From contig OZ242220.1 of assembly GCA_965206745.1 (NCBI GenBank), positions 1,216,001-1,280,000 on the forward strand: a stretch of DNA of 64,000 bases, read 5' to 3'. The stretch comes from Nitrosopumilus sp. GTDB taxonomy: Archaea > Thermoproteota > Nitrososphaeria > Nitrososphaerales > Nitrosopumilaceae. Shown here one piece after another: positions 1 to 10,629 of the stretch; position 1 is the stretch's first letter; the number at the start of each line of letters is the position of its first letter. Below the pieces are notes generated by a model that had not been told where the DNA came from, did not search any database, and was given only the letters and a program-made list of their open reading frames with translations. The translations under genes were made by a program, and so were the position numbers.

Positions 1-2
1 CA

Positions 3-632
3 GGTACTACATACATGGATGACACCACATATGCAGATGCACTGGGAATTATTGACAAATATAAAATAAGATGGAAAATGCCAGATGAGGTTTTAAAATT
101 ATTAGAAGACAGAAGGGATAAAGAGCAAGCAGAGACTTTGGAAAAAAACAGAATTGAAAACCATGTCATTGCAAATAATGATGATTGCCTGAATGCCATG
201 CAAGAGAAGGCAGCGGAAATTGGATACACAGTTGACGTAATGCATGTTTTTGGAGACATCAAAGAGGCAGTGACAAGAATTCTTGAAAAAATTTCAGCCA
301 GCAAAAAAACATGTATTATTTTTGGAGGAGAAACCACAGTCAAAGTCTTAGGGAAAGGAATGGGTGGAAGAAATCAAGAGATGGTTTTGAGGCTGCTAAA
401 GAACACTCAGAAAATGAAAAAAATGGCAATATCATCTGCCGGGACAGACGGAGTTGATGGCAATTCAGTTTTTGCCGGAGCAATCACAGAAAACATGAAA
501 ATAGATTTGGATACAATGAAAGAGTTCCTAAAAAATAACGATTCGGGAAGATTCTTTCAAAAACAGAGAGGCAACATCAGAACAAACCCGACCCACACAA
601 ATCTCATGGATATAGGCGTGATTTTAAGATGA
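3..632 (+). CDS. Glycerate 2-kinase/MOFRL family protein, C-terminal part (5' end outside window)
   Basis: GGETTVKVLGKGMGGRNQE, GTDGVDG and THTNLMD motifs of the MOFRL domain; frame is open from the window start. Confidence 0.9.
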   Translation, partial: GTTYMDDTTYADALGIIDKYKIRWKMPDEVLKLLEDRRDKEQAETLEKNRIENHVIANNDDCLNAMQEKAAEIGYTVDVMHVFGDIKEAVTRILEKISASKKTCIIFGGETTVKVLGKGMGGRNQEMVLRLLKNTQKMKKMAISSAGTDGVDGNSVFAGAITENMKIDLDTMKEFLKNNDSGRFFQKQRGNIRTNPTHTNLMDIGVILR

Positions 633-685
633 TATATCGAAAAATAACCTAAAAAATAGCAAATTTTTGGATTTTAATTAAACAA

Positions 686-844
686 ATGGCTACTCAGAAA
701 GCAGAGTCCTTCAAATATCACAATTGCCTAAATTAGCGTATGATAAAAAATGAACATGGATTTTGCAATGACGTATCCTGCAAATGTGACTGCCATGAGG
801 GATCAAGTTTTAGAAGGGGAAACAGGAAGAGACAGTATTGCTAG
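686..844 (+). pseudogene. Small Cys/His-rich ORF interrupted by in-frame TAG (734-736)
   Basis: MATQKAESFKYHNCLN*RMIKNEHGFCNDVSCKCDCHEGSSFRRGNRKRQYC; the downstream half could be a separate 34-aa ORF from ATG 740. Confidence 0.3.
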
Positions 845-1074
845 AGAAACAATTCAACCCAGAGATACTATACAGCAGAGTGGTTCATTTCTATATCGAT
901 AAGAAGGGATACACAAAAGACAAAGCAAATGAGATTGCCCAGTCTGTGGTGCAAAAAGAATCTCAAAGAAGGATTTGTAAAAATGACAAATGCAGGCATT
1001 TCTCGCATGATCATATCAGAAACGCAGAGACATGCCTGGCAGATGATTGCCAATGCAAAGAATTTACAAAGTAA
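838..1074 (+). CDS. Conserved hypothetical protein with C-terminal Cys/His metal-binding motif
   Basis: CKNDKCRHFSHDH...CLADDCQC pattern typical of small thaumarchaeal Zn-binding proteins. Confidence 0.65.
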   Translation: MLEKQFNPEILYSRVVHFYIDKKGYTKDKANEIAQSVVQKESQRRICKNDKCRHFSHDHIRNAETCLADDCQCKEFTK

Positions 1075-1076
1075 GA

Positions 1077-2048
1077 TTATCGCAAGGAGTTTTCCAGCAG
1101 AGGTTGCGCATTAATTCCCCTCTTCTTCAAATCGGCAGCAAATTCATCAACAAAACCATGTATGGTATAGACTTGCTCTGCTCCAGATTGAATCACCATG
1201 TCAATTAATTCATTGTAATCACAATGATCACTGATTGGGATTGAATAGTCGGTTCTACGTCCAAAAGAAAATTTTGTTGATTGTGCCCATCCGCTAAAAC
1301 CAATTGTTACAGCACCGTATTTGGATTTCATATCTTGAACAAATTTATTTTTACTAGACAGCACGGGTGCAACCATGACCCAAGGCTTTTTTTCTAGCAA
1401 TCCATTTTTTTCAGCCTCAGTATGACCAATTCCATCATAAAGAGGCACGCCAAATTTTCGATGCAAGGCATTCATGTCTTTTACAGAATCATGCAGATAC
1501 AACGGTCCCCAATGACCAAAGAACTGAGTGATGGTTTGGGCCTTGCCTAATTGATATCCCATCAAAATTACAGGAATGCCCTTGCCATAAAGTTCAGAAA
1601 TCAGTTGATTTACCTGTTTTAATGTGTCCTCAAGTTTAGGGAAGACAAATTCAGGCAGGCCAAAGGTGCACTCGGTGATCAGGGTTTTGCATCTTGGAAT
1701 TTTGGCACCCTTGAGAAATCCACGATCTCTAGTACAGACATCGCCGGTGTAAAAGATATCATCAAAAAGCAATCCCTTTGCACCCAGAATATGCCCACTG
1801 TCAACTAGGGAGAAATCATCTAATGACTCCACATGATTTTCCATCTTAAATCCTCGAAGATTGGCGATCTCATTGGTCTCAATAGAGGATAAAATAGTGC
1901 CACCATTTTTTGATGGAAGATGATCAGAATGTGCATGAGATACAAAGTTTATCCCATTTACATCACTATTTTTTGGATCCAAGTAGACTCGGTGTCTGCC
2001 GACCTCACAGAGGATTCCATTTTTTGTCTTCCTAACTTTGCTAGGCAA
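1077..2048 (-). CDS. MBL-fold/beta-CASP nuclease (mRNA 3'-processing-like exonuclease)
   Basis: SHAHSDH, SGHILGA, YTGD, ECTFG and SDHCDY motifs. Confidence 0.9.
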   Translation of the reverse strand: MPSKVRKTKNGILCEVGRHRVYLDPKNSDVNGINFVSHAHSDHLPSKNGGTILSSIETNEIANLRGFKMENHVESLDDFSLVDSGHILGAKGLLFDDIFYTGDVCTRDRGFLKGAKIPRCKTLITECTFGLPEFVFPKLEDTLKQVNQLISELYGKGIPVILMGYQLGKAQTITQFFGHWGPLYLHDSVKDMNALHRKFGVPLYDGIGHTEAEKNGLLEKKPWVMVAPVLSSKNKFVQDMKSKYGAVTIGFSGWAQSTKFSFGRRTDYSIPISDHCDYNELIDMVIQSGAEQVYTIHGFVDEFAADLKKRGINAQPLLENSLR

Positions 2049-2106
2049 TGAAAATCAAGTCAGGTGGATTTGATATAAATTGCAGGTTTGATCCACTGTT
2101 GACTAA

Positions 2107-2724
2107 TTGCTAAATCTAGGAATTCTAATCTCAGGTCGTGGGAGCAACATGGAGGCCATCCTAAAGACAGTCAAGAAAAAAAAGATCCCAATCAACCCAG
2201 CAATAGTAATTTCCAACAAACAAGATGCCAAGGGCCTAAAGATTGCAGAGAAGATGGGAGTTAAAATCGAGATTATCAAAAGTGAGGGATTCAAAGGAAG
2301 CAGGGCAGAGTATGATAAAAAAGTGATCTCCGTCCTAACAAAATACGGCGTCACGCCAAAAAATGGGCTTGTGTGTCTCGCAGGATTTATGAGGATAATC
2401 AGCCCAGAATTTGTAAAAAAATACAGAAACAGAATAATTAACATCCATCCAGCTCTGCTACCGGCATTTCCAGGACTGAATTCACAAAAACAGGCATTGG
2501 ATTACGGTGCCAAAGTATCAGGGTGTTCGGTGCATTTTGTAGATGCAGGAATGGACACAGGCCCAGTGATCATTCAAGCCGCAGTCAAAATTAGCAAAGA
2601 TGATACTGAAGAGTCACTATCAAAAAGAATTCTAAAGGAGGAGCACAGAATCTATCCTGAAGCAATCAACCTGTTTGCTAGGAAAAAAATCAAAGTCTCA
2701 GGCAGAAGAACAGTAATTAGTTAA
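2107..2724 (+). CDS. purN: Phosphoribosylglycinamide formyltransferase
   Basis: ISGRGSNM, LAGFMRI, INIHPALLPAFPG, DTGP motifs. Confidence 0.97.
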   Translation: MLNLGILISGRGSNMEAILKTVKKKKIPINPAIVISNKQDAKGLKIAEKMGVKIEIIKSEGFKGSRAEYDKKVISVLTKYGVTPKNGLVCLAGFMRIISPEFVKKYRNRIINIHPALLPAFPGLNSQKQALDYGAKVSGCSVHFVDAGMDTGPVIIQAAVKISKDDTEESLSKRILKEEHRIYPEAINLFARKKIKVSGRRTVIS

Positions 2725-3047
2725 GAGTCAGGACCACCAAAAAAATACAAAACTCTGAGTTCCTTTGTATTTCCATGGAAGCAATGCGCCACATCTTTTG
2801 CAACAAAAAATAATCGATCTTTGGTTACTTTGTAATCCTTGTCTTTAATTTTTAAAAAGCCATTGCCAGCGATGACATAGTATACCTCATCACTGTCATG
2901 TGGTGTTTGGGTGTCTTGCTCACCAGGTTTTAGGACCATAATTCCAGCAGCCAAGCTGTCCTTATTGATAAAAGTGCGAAAGCAAGAACTACTGTTTCTT
3001 ATTTTTTCTAGATATGCATCCAAATCATACTCTAGCTTCAATTTCAT
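2721..3047 (-). CDS. Cupin domain protein
   Basis: QTPHDSDEVYYVIAGNG...HCF cupin motifs. Confidence 0.9.
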   Translation of the reverse strand: MKLKLEYDLDAYLEKIRNSSSCFRTFINKDSLAAGIMVLKPGEQDTQTPHDSDEVYYVIAGNGFLKIKDKDYKVTKDRLFFVAKDVAHCFHGNTKELRVLYFFGGPDS

Positions 3048-3328
3048 TCAGCTTCTACTGTGTATGTCTTTCTCTGAGGATCAGCACTCATAAAAGAATG
3101 CCCGACAGGATGAATTTTTTCATGTTCAGGACTTTGGTGCATCTTGATAAAAGTCTCCTTGCTTTGATGTTCAACGAGGATCCTATAGCTGCCATCAGAT
3201 GATTTTAAGAGTCTTCTAGAGACAAATCCAGGAAAATTACACAAGGTCTTGTTTGATTCTGCAATCCAATTCTTAAAATCACCTTCTGCCCCATCTTTGA
3301 GTTGAATATCGGCAATCATTACAAACAT
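3044..3328 (-). CDS. Antibiotic biosynthesis monooxygenase (ABM) family protein
   Basis: FPGFVSRRLL and SKETFIKMHQSPEH dimeric alpha-beta barrel pattern; start taken at MFVMIAD. Confidence 0.8.
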   Translation of the reverse strand: MFVMIADIQLKDGAEGDFKNWIAESNKTLCNFPGFVSRRLLKSSDGSYRILVEHQSKETFIKMHQSPEHEKIHPVGHSFMSADPQRKTYTVEAE

Positions 3329-3418
3329 GACATAACTGGAAAGATGGCCATTTAATTTCTTTTCCAAGATATTGCTGAAATTCCAAGGATTAAATATCTA
3401 CAAGGCAAAAAACAGTTC

Positions 3419-4279
3419 ATGACAGGGGTTAGAATTGACGGCATAGTTATCGCCCAGACAGTCAAAGATAGGGTCAAAAAGGCAGCAGATGAGCTGAAAA
3501 ATCAAGGCATTCTGCCTTGTCTGGCCACAGTATTAATTGGAGATAATCCAGCTTCTGCCACATATGTTAGAAACAAGCACAGGGCATGCCAAGAAGTAGG
3601 CATTGCTACAAAAGATCACAAGCTTGATGCCAGCATAACTCAATCCGAATTGACCAAAATTATTGACAAATTAAATACAGACAGCACGGTTCACGGCATT
3701 CTGGTTCAGCTTCCACTGCCAAAGCAACTTGATGAATTTGCAACGACATCAAAAATATCACCACTAAAAGATGTGGACGGCTTGACACCCCATAATGCAG
3801 GTTTGCTTGCCATGGGAAAGGCAATGCTGGTTGCATGCACACCATTGGGAGTAATGGAGATGTTTGATTATCACGGAATAGACTTGGAAGGAAGGAATGT
3901 TGTGTTGATTAACCGGAGCAACCTGGTAGGAAAACCACTGCATCATCTGCTATTGGAAAAAAACGCCACGGTACTAACATGTCACTCTAAAACAAAAAAT
4001 TTGGTTGAGCTGTGTCAAAATGCAGACATCATTATCACGGCAGTAGGAGACAGGAGCAAGTTCACACTGACACCAGAGATGATCAAAGAAGGCGCAACGA
4101 TAATCGATGTTGCAATTTCAAGATTTCAAGAAAAACTAGTCGGAGATTCAAACTATGAGGACATAATTCAAAAGGCATCCTTTGCAACACCGGTTCCAGG
4201 AGGAGTCGGACCCATGACAGTTGCAATGCTATTGAAAAACACCATAACTGCAGCGTCATTGAGTAGTCAAATTGGATAG
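3419..4279 (+). CDS. folD: Bifunctional methylenetetrahydrofolate dehydrogenase/cyclohydrolase
   Basis: YVRNK, GILVQLPLP, KDVDG, PVPGGVGPMTVAML. Confidence 0.97.
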   Translation: MTGVRIDGIVIAQTVKDRVKKAADELKNQGILPCLATVLIGDNPASATYVRNKHRACQEVGIATKDHKLDASITQSELTKIIDKLNTDSTVHGILVQLPLPKQLDEFATTSKISPLKDVDGLTPHNAGLLAMGKAMLVACTPLGVMEMFDYHGIDLEGRNVVLINRSNLVGKPLHHLLLEKNATVLTCHSKTKNLVELCQNADIIITAVGDRSKFTLTPEMIKEGATIIDVAISRFQEKLVGDSNYEDIIQKASFATPVPGGVGPMTVAMLLKNTITAASLSSQIG

Positions 4280-4832
4280 TACAGAAAAAGAGTCATTGCG
4301 AAATCGTCTTTTGCAAACAAGAGACAACACATCTTTTGACCTATTAAAAATTGCAAGTGCAAGTATCCAGAAAAGACTAAAGAAGATCTATGCTTTTAAA
4401 AATGCCCAGAAAATTGGAGTGTATTACCCAATAGGAAGTGAGATCCCCACTCAGGACATAATTCAGGAATTACTCAGCCAAGGAAAGGAAGTATTTCTGC
4501 CCAAGGTTGCCGATAAAACCATGGAATTTAGAAAGATTGCCGATTTTTCAAGCCTAGAGCACGGTAGTTTTGACATCATGGAGCCAAAAGATGATTGTCC
4601 TGCAGATAGCAATCTAGATGTCATGCTAGTGCCCACAGTAGGGATAGATCCTAGCGGAGTCAGATTAGGATACGGTTACGGGTTCTACGACAAGTATCTG
4701 GCAGAAAATAAAACCACAACCATCTCCCTGACCCTAGAGAAGCAGATCATCAAAAAGATTCCAAAATCAGATCACGATGTCATAATTGATTGGATTGTCA
4801 CAGAAGACAAAATGATGCAAACTCAAAGATAG
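4272..4832 (+). CDS. 5-formyltetrahydrofolate cyclo-ligase
   Basis: VPTVGIDPSGVRLGYGYGFYD motif; overlaps the folD stop (TTG start). Confidence 0.93.
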   Translation: MDSTEKESLRNRLLQTRDNTSFDLLKIASASIQKRLKKIYAFKNAQKIGVYYPIGSEIPTQDIIQELLSQGKEVFLPKVADKTMEFRKIADFSSLEHGSFDIMEPKDDCPADSNLDVMLVPTVGIDPSGVRLGYGYGFYDKYLAENKTTTISLTLEKQIIKKIPKSDHDVIIDWIVTEDKMMQTQR

Positions 4833-6106
4833 GAGAGTCCCTTTTGACCAATGTCTTTGCGGTTAAACTTCTGAGGCCATGTGATTTTTTCAGTAGCGGC
4901 ATACGCATTGGCAATTGCAGATTCTAGCGTGTCACCCAATGCAGTTACGCCCAGCACACGCCCGCCATTTGATAGAATTTTGCCATCAGATTTTTTCGTA
5001 CCAGCATGGAAAATAATGGCGCCATCAGCAACAGAATCAAACCCAGTGATTTGATCACCTTTGGAATAGGCTTCTGGGTATCCCTGTGATGCCAAGACAA
5101 CGCATACTGCATATTGTGATCTCCAAGTTGCAGGAGGCAAGGAGGACAGCGTTCCATCAACGCTTGCTGCAAGATAATCATACAAATCAAAGTCCATCCT
5201 CATGACGATTGGTTGACACTCGGGATCCCCCATTCTAACATTATACTCTAAAACAAATGGCCTGCCATCTCGAATCATGACGCCTGCATACAAAAATCCC
5301 TTGAACAGAATTCCTTCCTTTTTCATTGCGTGTATGGTTTTTTCAATGATCTCCTCCTGGATTACTTTTGCCAAATCTTCATCAATGACGGGAGTCGGAG
5401 AGTACGCACCCATTCCTCCAGTGTTAGGACCCTCATCATTATCAAAAATCCTCTTGTGATCCTGACTGGATGCCATAGGTATGGCAACATCCCCATCTGA
5501 AAGGGCAATGTATGAGGCCTCAACTCCGTCAATTCTTTCCTCAACGATGATTCTGTTTCCTGCATCACCAAATGCCTTGTTTACCAGAATTGTTTGGATT
5601 GCAGATATTGCCTCATCATTGCCATTGCAGACAATCACACCCTTGCCGGCTGCAAGACCATCAGCCTTTACAACCACATCATAATCAAGAGATTTGACGT
5701 ATTCTTGGGCCCTTTGAGCATCATCGAAAATCTCAAAACGGGCAGTCGGGATATCGTTTCGCTTCATAAAGTCCTTTGCCCAAATCTTACTGGATTCAAG
5801 ATGGGCAGCATGCTGGGAAGGTCCAAAAACCCTGAGGTTTAGCTTGTTGAATTTATCAACAATTCCCGCAGCCAGTGGATCCTCAGGTCCAACTACGGTA
5901 AAGCAGTTGTTTTTTTGAGCAAAGTCTGCTAGTCCGTCTAAATCATCTACGCTTATTGGAACGTTATTGTCAGTTCCCCCGTTTCCAGGAGCAGTGAAGA
6001 CAGTTTCAACTTTACTGCTTTGGGACAGTTTCCATGATAAGGCATGCTCTCTTCCACCAGAACCAATGACTAGGATATTTACCAACAACAATGATCTCTT
6101 CCCCAA
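4823..6106 (-). CDS. purD: Phosphoribosylamine--glycine ligase (true start probably TTG ~6085)
   Basis: GSGGREHAL, KADGLAAGKGV, GPNTGGMG, RMGDPECQ. Confidence 0.97.
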   Translation of the reverse strand: MGKRSLLLVNILVIGSGGREHALSWKLSQSSKVETVFTAPGNGGTDNNVPISVDDLDGLADFAQKNNCFTVVGPEDPLAAGIVDKFNKLNLRVFGPSQHAAHLESSKIWAKDFMKRNDIPTARFEIFDDAQRAQEYVKSLDYDVVVKADGLAAGKGVIVCNGNDEAISAIQTILVNKAFGDAGNRIIVEERIDGVEASYIALSDGDVAIPMASSQDHKRIFDNDEGPNTGGMGAYSPTPVIDEDLAKVIQEEIIEKTIHAMKKEGILFKGFLYAGVMIRDGRPFVLEYNVRMGDPECQPIVMRMDFDLYDYLAASVDGTLSSLPPATWRSQYAVCVVLASQGYPEAYSKGDQITGFDSVADGAIIFHAGTKKSDGKILSNGGRVLGVTALGDTLESAIANAYAATEKITWPQKFNRKDIGQKGLSYL

Positions 6107-6172
6107 TTATATAATCCAAGTCTCAATGAACCAATTTAGCTTTATAATGCCACAGACATATCAAAATTAAGA

Positions 6173-9100
6173 ATGGAACTTTTTACAAGATTTGATGCAA
6201 AGGCAATAGAATCTCAAGTTAGAGAGTACATCAAATCAATTGACTTGGAAAGGCAGATTCTTGCATCAGAGAAACCCGAAAAGATCCGATTTATCGAAGG
6301 CCCGCCTACAATGAATGGAATTCCACATGCAGGGCACCTTAGAGGCAGGGTGATCAAAGATTTCTGGTATAGGTTCAACACATTGCAGGGGAAGAAGATT
6401 CAGTTCAACGGCGGGTGGGACACGCAAGGGCTCCCAGTAGAACTGCAAGTCGAGAAAGAACTAGGAGTTACAGGAGGGAAAAACGAGGCCATCAAAGAGT
6501 TCGGAGTCGAAAGAATTGTGTCTGAATGTAAAAAGGTCGTAGAAAAGTTCAACAAGACATGGGTTGAAGTCGATGAACTGCTTGGAATGTCATTTAATCA
6601 TGAAAAAGCATATTGGACTTTTAGAGATGGGTTTATTGAAAGAGAATGGCAAGTTCTCAAAAAGGCATATGAAAATCAAATCCTAGAGGAAGACTTTACT
6701 GTAATTGCATACTGTCCCAGTTGTCAGACATCACTTAGCCATGCAGAAGTCAATCAAGGGTATGAGGAAGTCAAGGACCCGTCACTGTACTACAAGGTCA
6801 AGCTGGTAGATGAGGATGCATTCTTGATCGTATGGACAACAATGCCATTCACACTTGTCACTGACGCAATGGTCGGATTGAACCCAGAAGAAGACTATGC
6901 GTACATCAAAGTGGAGGGTGAAACATGGGTGGTAGGAAGAACAAGGCTAGAGGAATTTATGGTAGATGTAAAAATTAAAAAATATAGGGTTGAGAAAACA
7001 GCAAAAGGTTCAGAGTTTGAGGGAAAAAAGTACATCCACCCATTGCTAGATTTGATTCCAGAGCTAAAGGAGATTTCAAAATCAGATAACTACCACGTGG
7101 CAGTATCAGAGGCATTTGTAGATGCCAGTACGGGAAGCGGTCTGGTTCACCTCTCACCTGCAAATGGTGAGGAAGATATCAAAATTGCAAACAGACGCAG
7201 AGTTAAAGTTTTCAGCCCCATTGATGACGAGGTAAAATTCACAGAGAAGGCAGGCAAATATCAGGGAATGTTTGTCAGGGATGCTGACAGGCCAATAGTT
7301 GAGGATCTAAGAGGGTGCAATGCCCTAGTGAAGATTGGCAAGATCAAACACAAGTATCCATTATGCTGGAGGTCGCACCATCCAATTGTCTGGCTTGCAA
7401 GAAGGGGTTGGTTTTACAAACTAGACAGGCTAGGCAGCAAGGCAATTGACGCAGCAGAGAGTGTAGAGTACTTTTTTGAGCAGCCAAAAAACAGATTTCT
7501 TGGAATCATCAAGGAGAGACACCCATGGTGCATCTCTCGGGAAAGGATCTGGGGCTGTCCCCTGCCAGTTTGGAGTTGCAAAGATTGCGGTGAGAAAAAC
7601 TGGTTCTTTACAAGAAAGGACATTGTTGATTCGGCAGACAAATTGCCTGATGGACCCGACTTTGAGCTACACAGACCATGGATTGATAGCGTTACGATAA
7701 AATGTAAAAAATGTGGCAGTACAAATACAAAAAGAGAGGAATATGTTTTAGATACCTGGCATAACAGTGGCTCTGCACCATATTCATCACTGACTGATGA
7801 GGAATATGCAGATGAGATTCCGGCACCATTTTTCACAGAAGGCATTGATCAGACCAGAGGCTGGGCATACACGCTGCTGATCGAGAATGTGATCTTAAAG
7901 AATGCCGCAGCTCCGCCTTACAAGGCGTTCTTGTTTCAAGGACACGTATTAGATGAGAAAGGAGGAAAGATGAGCAAAAGCAAGGGCAATGTTCTAGAAG
8001 GAGCCAAATTACTTGAAGAGTACCCAGTCGACCTGATCAGATTCTATTTCATGTCAAAAGCAAGTCCGATTGAGCCGCTAAGTTTCAGCACAGATGAGTT
8101 GATGTCAAGGCCATACCAGGTAGTCAACACGTTATTTAACCTGCATCTGTACTTTCAGCAAAATAGCCAGTATGACAACTTTGGCCAAGCAAACACAATA
8201 GAGTGGGCAAGACAGAATGGTCTGCTAGCATCCCCGGACATATGGTTGCTATCCAAACTCCAAAAACTGATTCAAGTCCTGACTGAAAAGAACGAATCAT
8301 GCAGATTCCACGAGGGAGCAAAGGCAATTGACGATTTTATAATCAGCAACCTCAGTCAAATTTACATCCAAATTACCAGGGGGGAGCTGTGGGATGAAGA
8401 CGAGGGTAAGAAAGACAGAAGGCTTGCAATCTATGCAGTTCTAAGGGAGGTTCTAAAAACTCTGGATATTCTGATTCACCCGTTTTGTCCATTTACAAGC
8501 GAGCATCTTTACCAATCAATATTTGCAGAAAAGCCAGGCATCCTGCTTGAAAAGTGGCCTGTATACCAAGAAGAACTAGTCAACCAGAAAGTTGAAGAGT
8601 CATTTGACATCATGAAGGACGTCATATCTGTTTCATCAGCTGCTAGAATGAACGCAAAGCTAAAGAGAAGATGGCCATTAGATGAGGCGCAAATTTGCGT
8701 CAAGAAGGGCCATAAAAACAAGCTTGAGCAGCTATCAGAACTATTGCAATCCCAGCTAAATGTTGAAAAATTTACAATCACTGAGACAGAAAAAGAGTCA
8801 GGGCTAGAACAGATTCTAGAGTTAAAGCAATTGGGGCTGCCAGTCAAAGGAATGGTAGAGTTGGAAAGAAAACGAATCGGGCCAAAGGCAAAACACCACA
8901 TGGGAGAGCTTGTTTCTGCATTTAACCAAACCGACCCAGATGAAATAGTTTCGTCGTTGCAAAAAGATTCAAAGTATGATTTTAGCATCGATGGGGAAAC
9001 GATCTCGCTGGAGAAGGAGGATTTTGTAATAAATTTTGACGCAAGTGAAAATTTCGCCGTTGCAAAAAGAGACAGCAACATTGTGATAATCTCGACATCC

Positions 9101-9370
9101 AGAAACAAAGAGATGATGGCAAAGGGACTGGTAAAAGACATTGCAAGAAGGCTCCAAACACTCCGAAAAGAGAGAGGATATACACCTACTGACGTGTTAG
9201 ATATTGCATCAATTTTGGAATTAGATGAGGAATCCCTTGAAATGATCAAAGAGAGAGCAGAGGAACTAGCATTTTTGGTCAGGGTAAAACAAGTCAACTT
9301 TACAGAATCCTGCAAAGAGTACAAAGAAGACGACATTGATGGTCAAAAGATCAAAATATCAGTTGAGTAA
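6173..9370 (+). CDS. ileS: Isoleucine--tRNA ligase (archaeal type)
   Basis: EGPPTMNGIPHAGH, WTTMPFTL, WCISRER, EGIDQTRGW, KMSKS. Confidence 0.96.
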   Translation: MELFTRFDAKAIESQVREYIKSIDLERQILASEKPEKIRFIEGPPTMNGIPHAGHLRGRVIKDFWYRFNTLQGKKIQFNGGWDTQGLPVELQVEKELGVTGGKNEAIKEFGVERIVSECKKVVEKFNKTWVEVDELLGMSFNHEKAYWTFRDGFIEREWQVLKKAYENQILEEDFTVIAYCPSCQTSLSHAEVNQGYEEVKDPSLYYKVKLVDEDAFLIVWTTMPFTLVTDAMVGLNPEEDYAYIKVEGETWVVGRTRLEEFMVDVKIKKYRVEKTAKGSEFEGKKYIHPLLDLIPELKEISKSDNYHVAVSEAFVDASTGSGLVHLSPANGEEDIKIANRRRVKVFSPIDDEVKFTEKAGKYQGMFVRDADRPIVEDLRGCNALVKIGKIKHKYPLCWRSHHPIVWLARRGWFYKLDRLGSKAIDAAESVEYFFEQPKNRFLGIIKERHPWCISRERIWGCPLPVWSCKDCGEKNWFFTRKDIVDSADKLPDGPDFELHRPWIDSVTIKCKKCGSTNTKREEYVLDTWHNSGSAPYSSLTDEEYADEIPAPFFTEGIDQTRGWAYTLLIENVILKNAAAPPYKAFLFQGHVLDEKGGKMSKSKGNVLEGAKLLEEYPVDLIRFYFMSKASPIEPLSFSTDELMSRPYQVVNTLFNLHLYFQQNSQYDNFGQANTIEWARQNGLLASPDIWLLSKLQKLIQVLTEKNESCRFHEGAKAIDDFIISNLSQIYIQITRGELWDEDEGKKDRRLAIYAVLREVLKTLDILIHPFCPFTSEHLYQSIFAEKPGILLEKWPVYQEELVNQKVEESFDIMKDVISVSSAARMNAKLKRRWPLDEAQICVKKGHKNKLEQLSELLQSQLNVEKFTITETEKESGLEQILELKQLGLPVKGMVELERKRIGPKAKHHMGELVSAFNQTDPDEIVSSLQKDSKYDFSIDGETISLEKEDFVINFDASENFAVAKRDSNIVIISTSRNKEMMAKGLVKDIARRLQTLRKERGYTPTDVLDIASILELDEESLEMIKERAEELAFLVRVKQVNFTESCKEYKEDDIDGQKIKISVE

Positions 9371-9419
9371 ATTTTAAAAGCAAATGGATTCTGCAACATC
9401 TCAAATAGACGAGGTATTT

Positions 9420-9452
9420 TAGACTGACGAGCAAAAGTTCATCGGGTTAGAT
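9420..9452 (+). repeat. Dispersed repeat copy A (partial, degenerate)
   Basis: TAGACTGACGAGCAAAAGTTCATCGGGTTAGAT matches the start of the copy at 59782. Confidence 0.65.
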
Positions 9453-9602
9453 GTGCACAGTTAAGTTGAGTGGGGGTTTCACGTCCAGTGTTGCGATATC
9501 CGTCTTTTTCAGTCTAAGAGAAAATCCATATTTCAAGCCTCCAAGGGATCATAGAATCGGCAAATGTAATATTTTTATTACAATCAAAAATTCCATAAGC
9601 AA

Positions 9603-10187
9603 ATGTCAGAACCAACCCCAAATGTTGTTGGAATCAACGTTCTAAAACAAAACGGCCTAGATGTCGATGAATTGGTAAAAGAACTAGTCAAAAATGCGGC
9701 AGTTGAATTTACTGCCTACTATTACTTTACCAACCTTAGGGCACATTGCACAGGCATGGAAGGAGAGGGTCTCAAAGGAATTATCGAAGACGCAAGACTA
9801 GAGGATCTTAGCCACTTTGAATCATGTCTTGAGAGAATCTACCAATTAGGCGGAATTCTCCCAAATGACGCAACGGAATTCATCAAGATCTCCGGCTGTG
9901 AATTCTTACAGCTTCCTGCAAATCCAACAGATCATAAAGCGATTCTAGAAAAATGTCTAAAAGCAGAACAGGGCGCCATTGTCAACTGGAACAAGATTTG
10001 CCAGATGACATTTGGAAAAGACCCAGTAACATATGATATCGCAAAAGACATCCTAGCTGAAGAGATAGAGCACGAGTCCTGGTTCCTAGAACTAATCTAC
10101 GGAAGACCATCAGGGCACATGCGAAGAAAGTATTCAGGCGAGAGACCACACACAGGAAGGCACTCCAGAGCACTAGATATGGCCTAA
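9603..10187 (+). CDS. dps: DPS-like (DPSL) ferritin-family DNA protection protein
   Basis: EFTAYYYFT, IEDARLED..H, EEIEHESWF and GRPSGH of archaeal DPSL. Confidence 0.92.
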   Translation: MSEPTPNVVGINVLKQNGLDVDELVKELVKNAAVEFTAYYYFTNLRAHCTGMEGEGLKGIIEDARLEDLSHFESCLERIYQLGGILPNDATEFIKISGCEFLQLPANPTDHKAILEKCLKAEQGAIVNWNKICQMTFGKDPVTYDIAKDILAEEIEHESWFLELIYGRPSGHMRRKYSGERPHTGRHSRALDMA

Positions 10188-10299
10188 TTGCCAAACCATT
10201 TTCTTTTTTAAAATTACAATTAAAGTGACTTTATACACTACAAGTTGTGAATATGCGTTGTTTTATTATGGTTAAATAGAAAAATCACGTATTGGTACC

Positions 10300-10629
10300 A
10301 TGGTAAAACAGATCAGCCTTGATGCGTGGCAGATTCAGCATTTGTCAGATCTGCTAGAGAAGGGCTCAGACATTGTTGCAAAAACAAATAAACCGATTGT
10401 TCTGTATAGGCAGACTCTAGAGGAGGCGGATGAATCATACGAGGAGATTGTTTGCACGCTTACCAAAGGATACGTGATTGAGCAGATGGTAACATCGGGA
10501 GGAATTATAGTTCCAAGCTTTCACCAGCAATTTGTATTTACAACTGAAGAGTATCCTCAAGAATTATTGAGAAAGAGTAAAGATCGCTTTTTGGAGATGA
10601 TTGATTTTTTAGAGGAGCAGTTAAAATAG
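10300..10629 (+). CDS. Conserved hypothetical protein
   Basis: Clean ATG-started 109-aa ORF with normal protein composition and an upstream TATA-like element. Confidence 0.7.
   Translation: MVKQISLDAWQIQHLSDLLEKGSDIVAKTNKPIVLYRQTLEEADESYEEIVCTLTKGYVIEQMVTSGGIIVPSFHQQFVFTTEEYPQELLRKSKDRFLEMIDFLEEQLK

Noticed and set aside
6322-6340. HAGH instead of HIGH in IleRS
   Set aside because: Within normal variation of the class I signature
8509-9336. Long antisense ORFs (also 54491-55291, 42293-42826 and others)
   Set aside because: Shadows of strongly supported genes on the opposite strand
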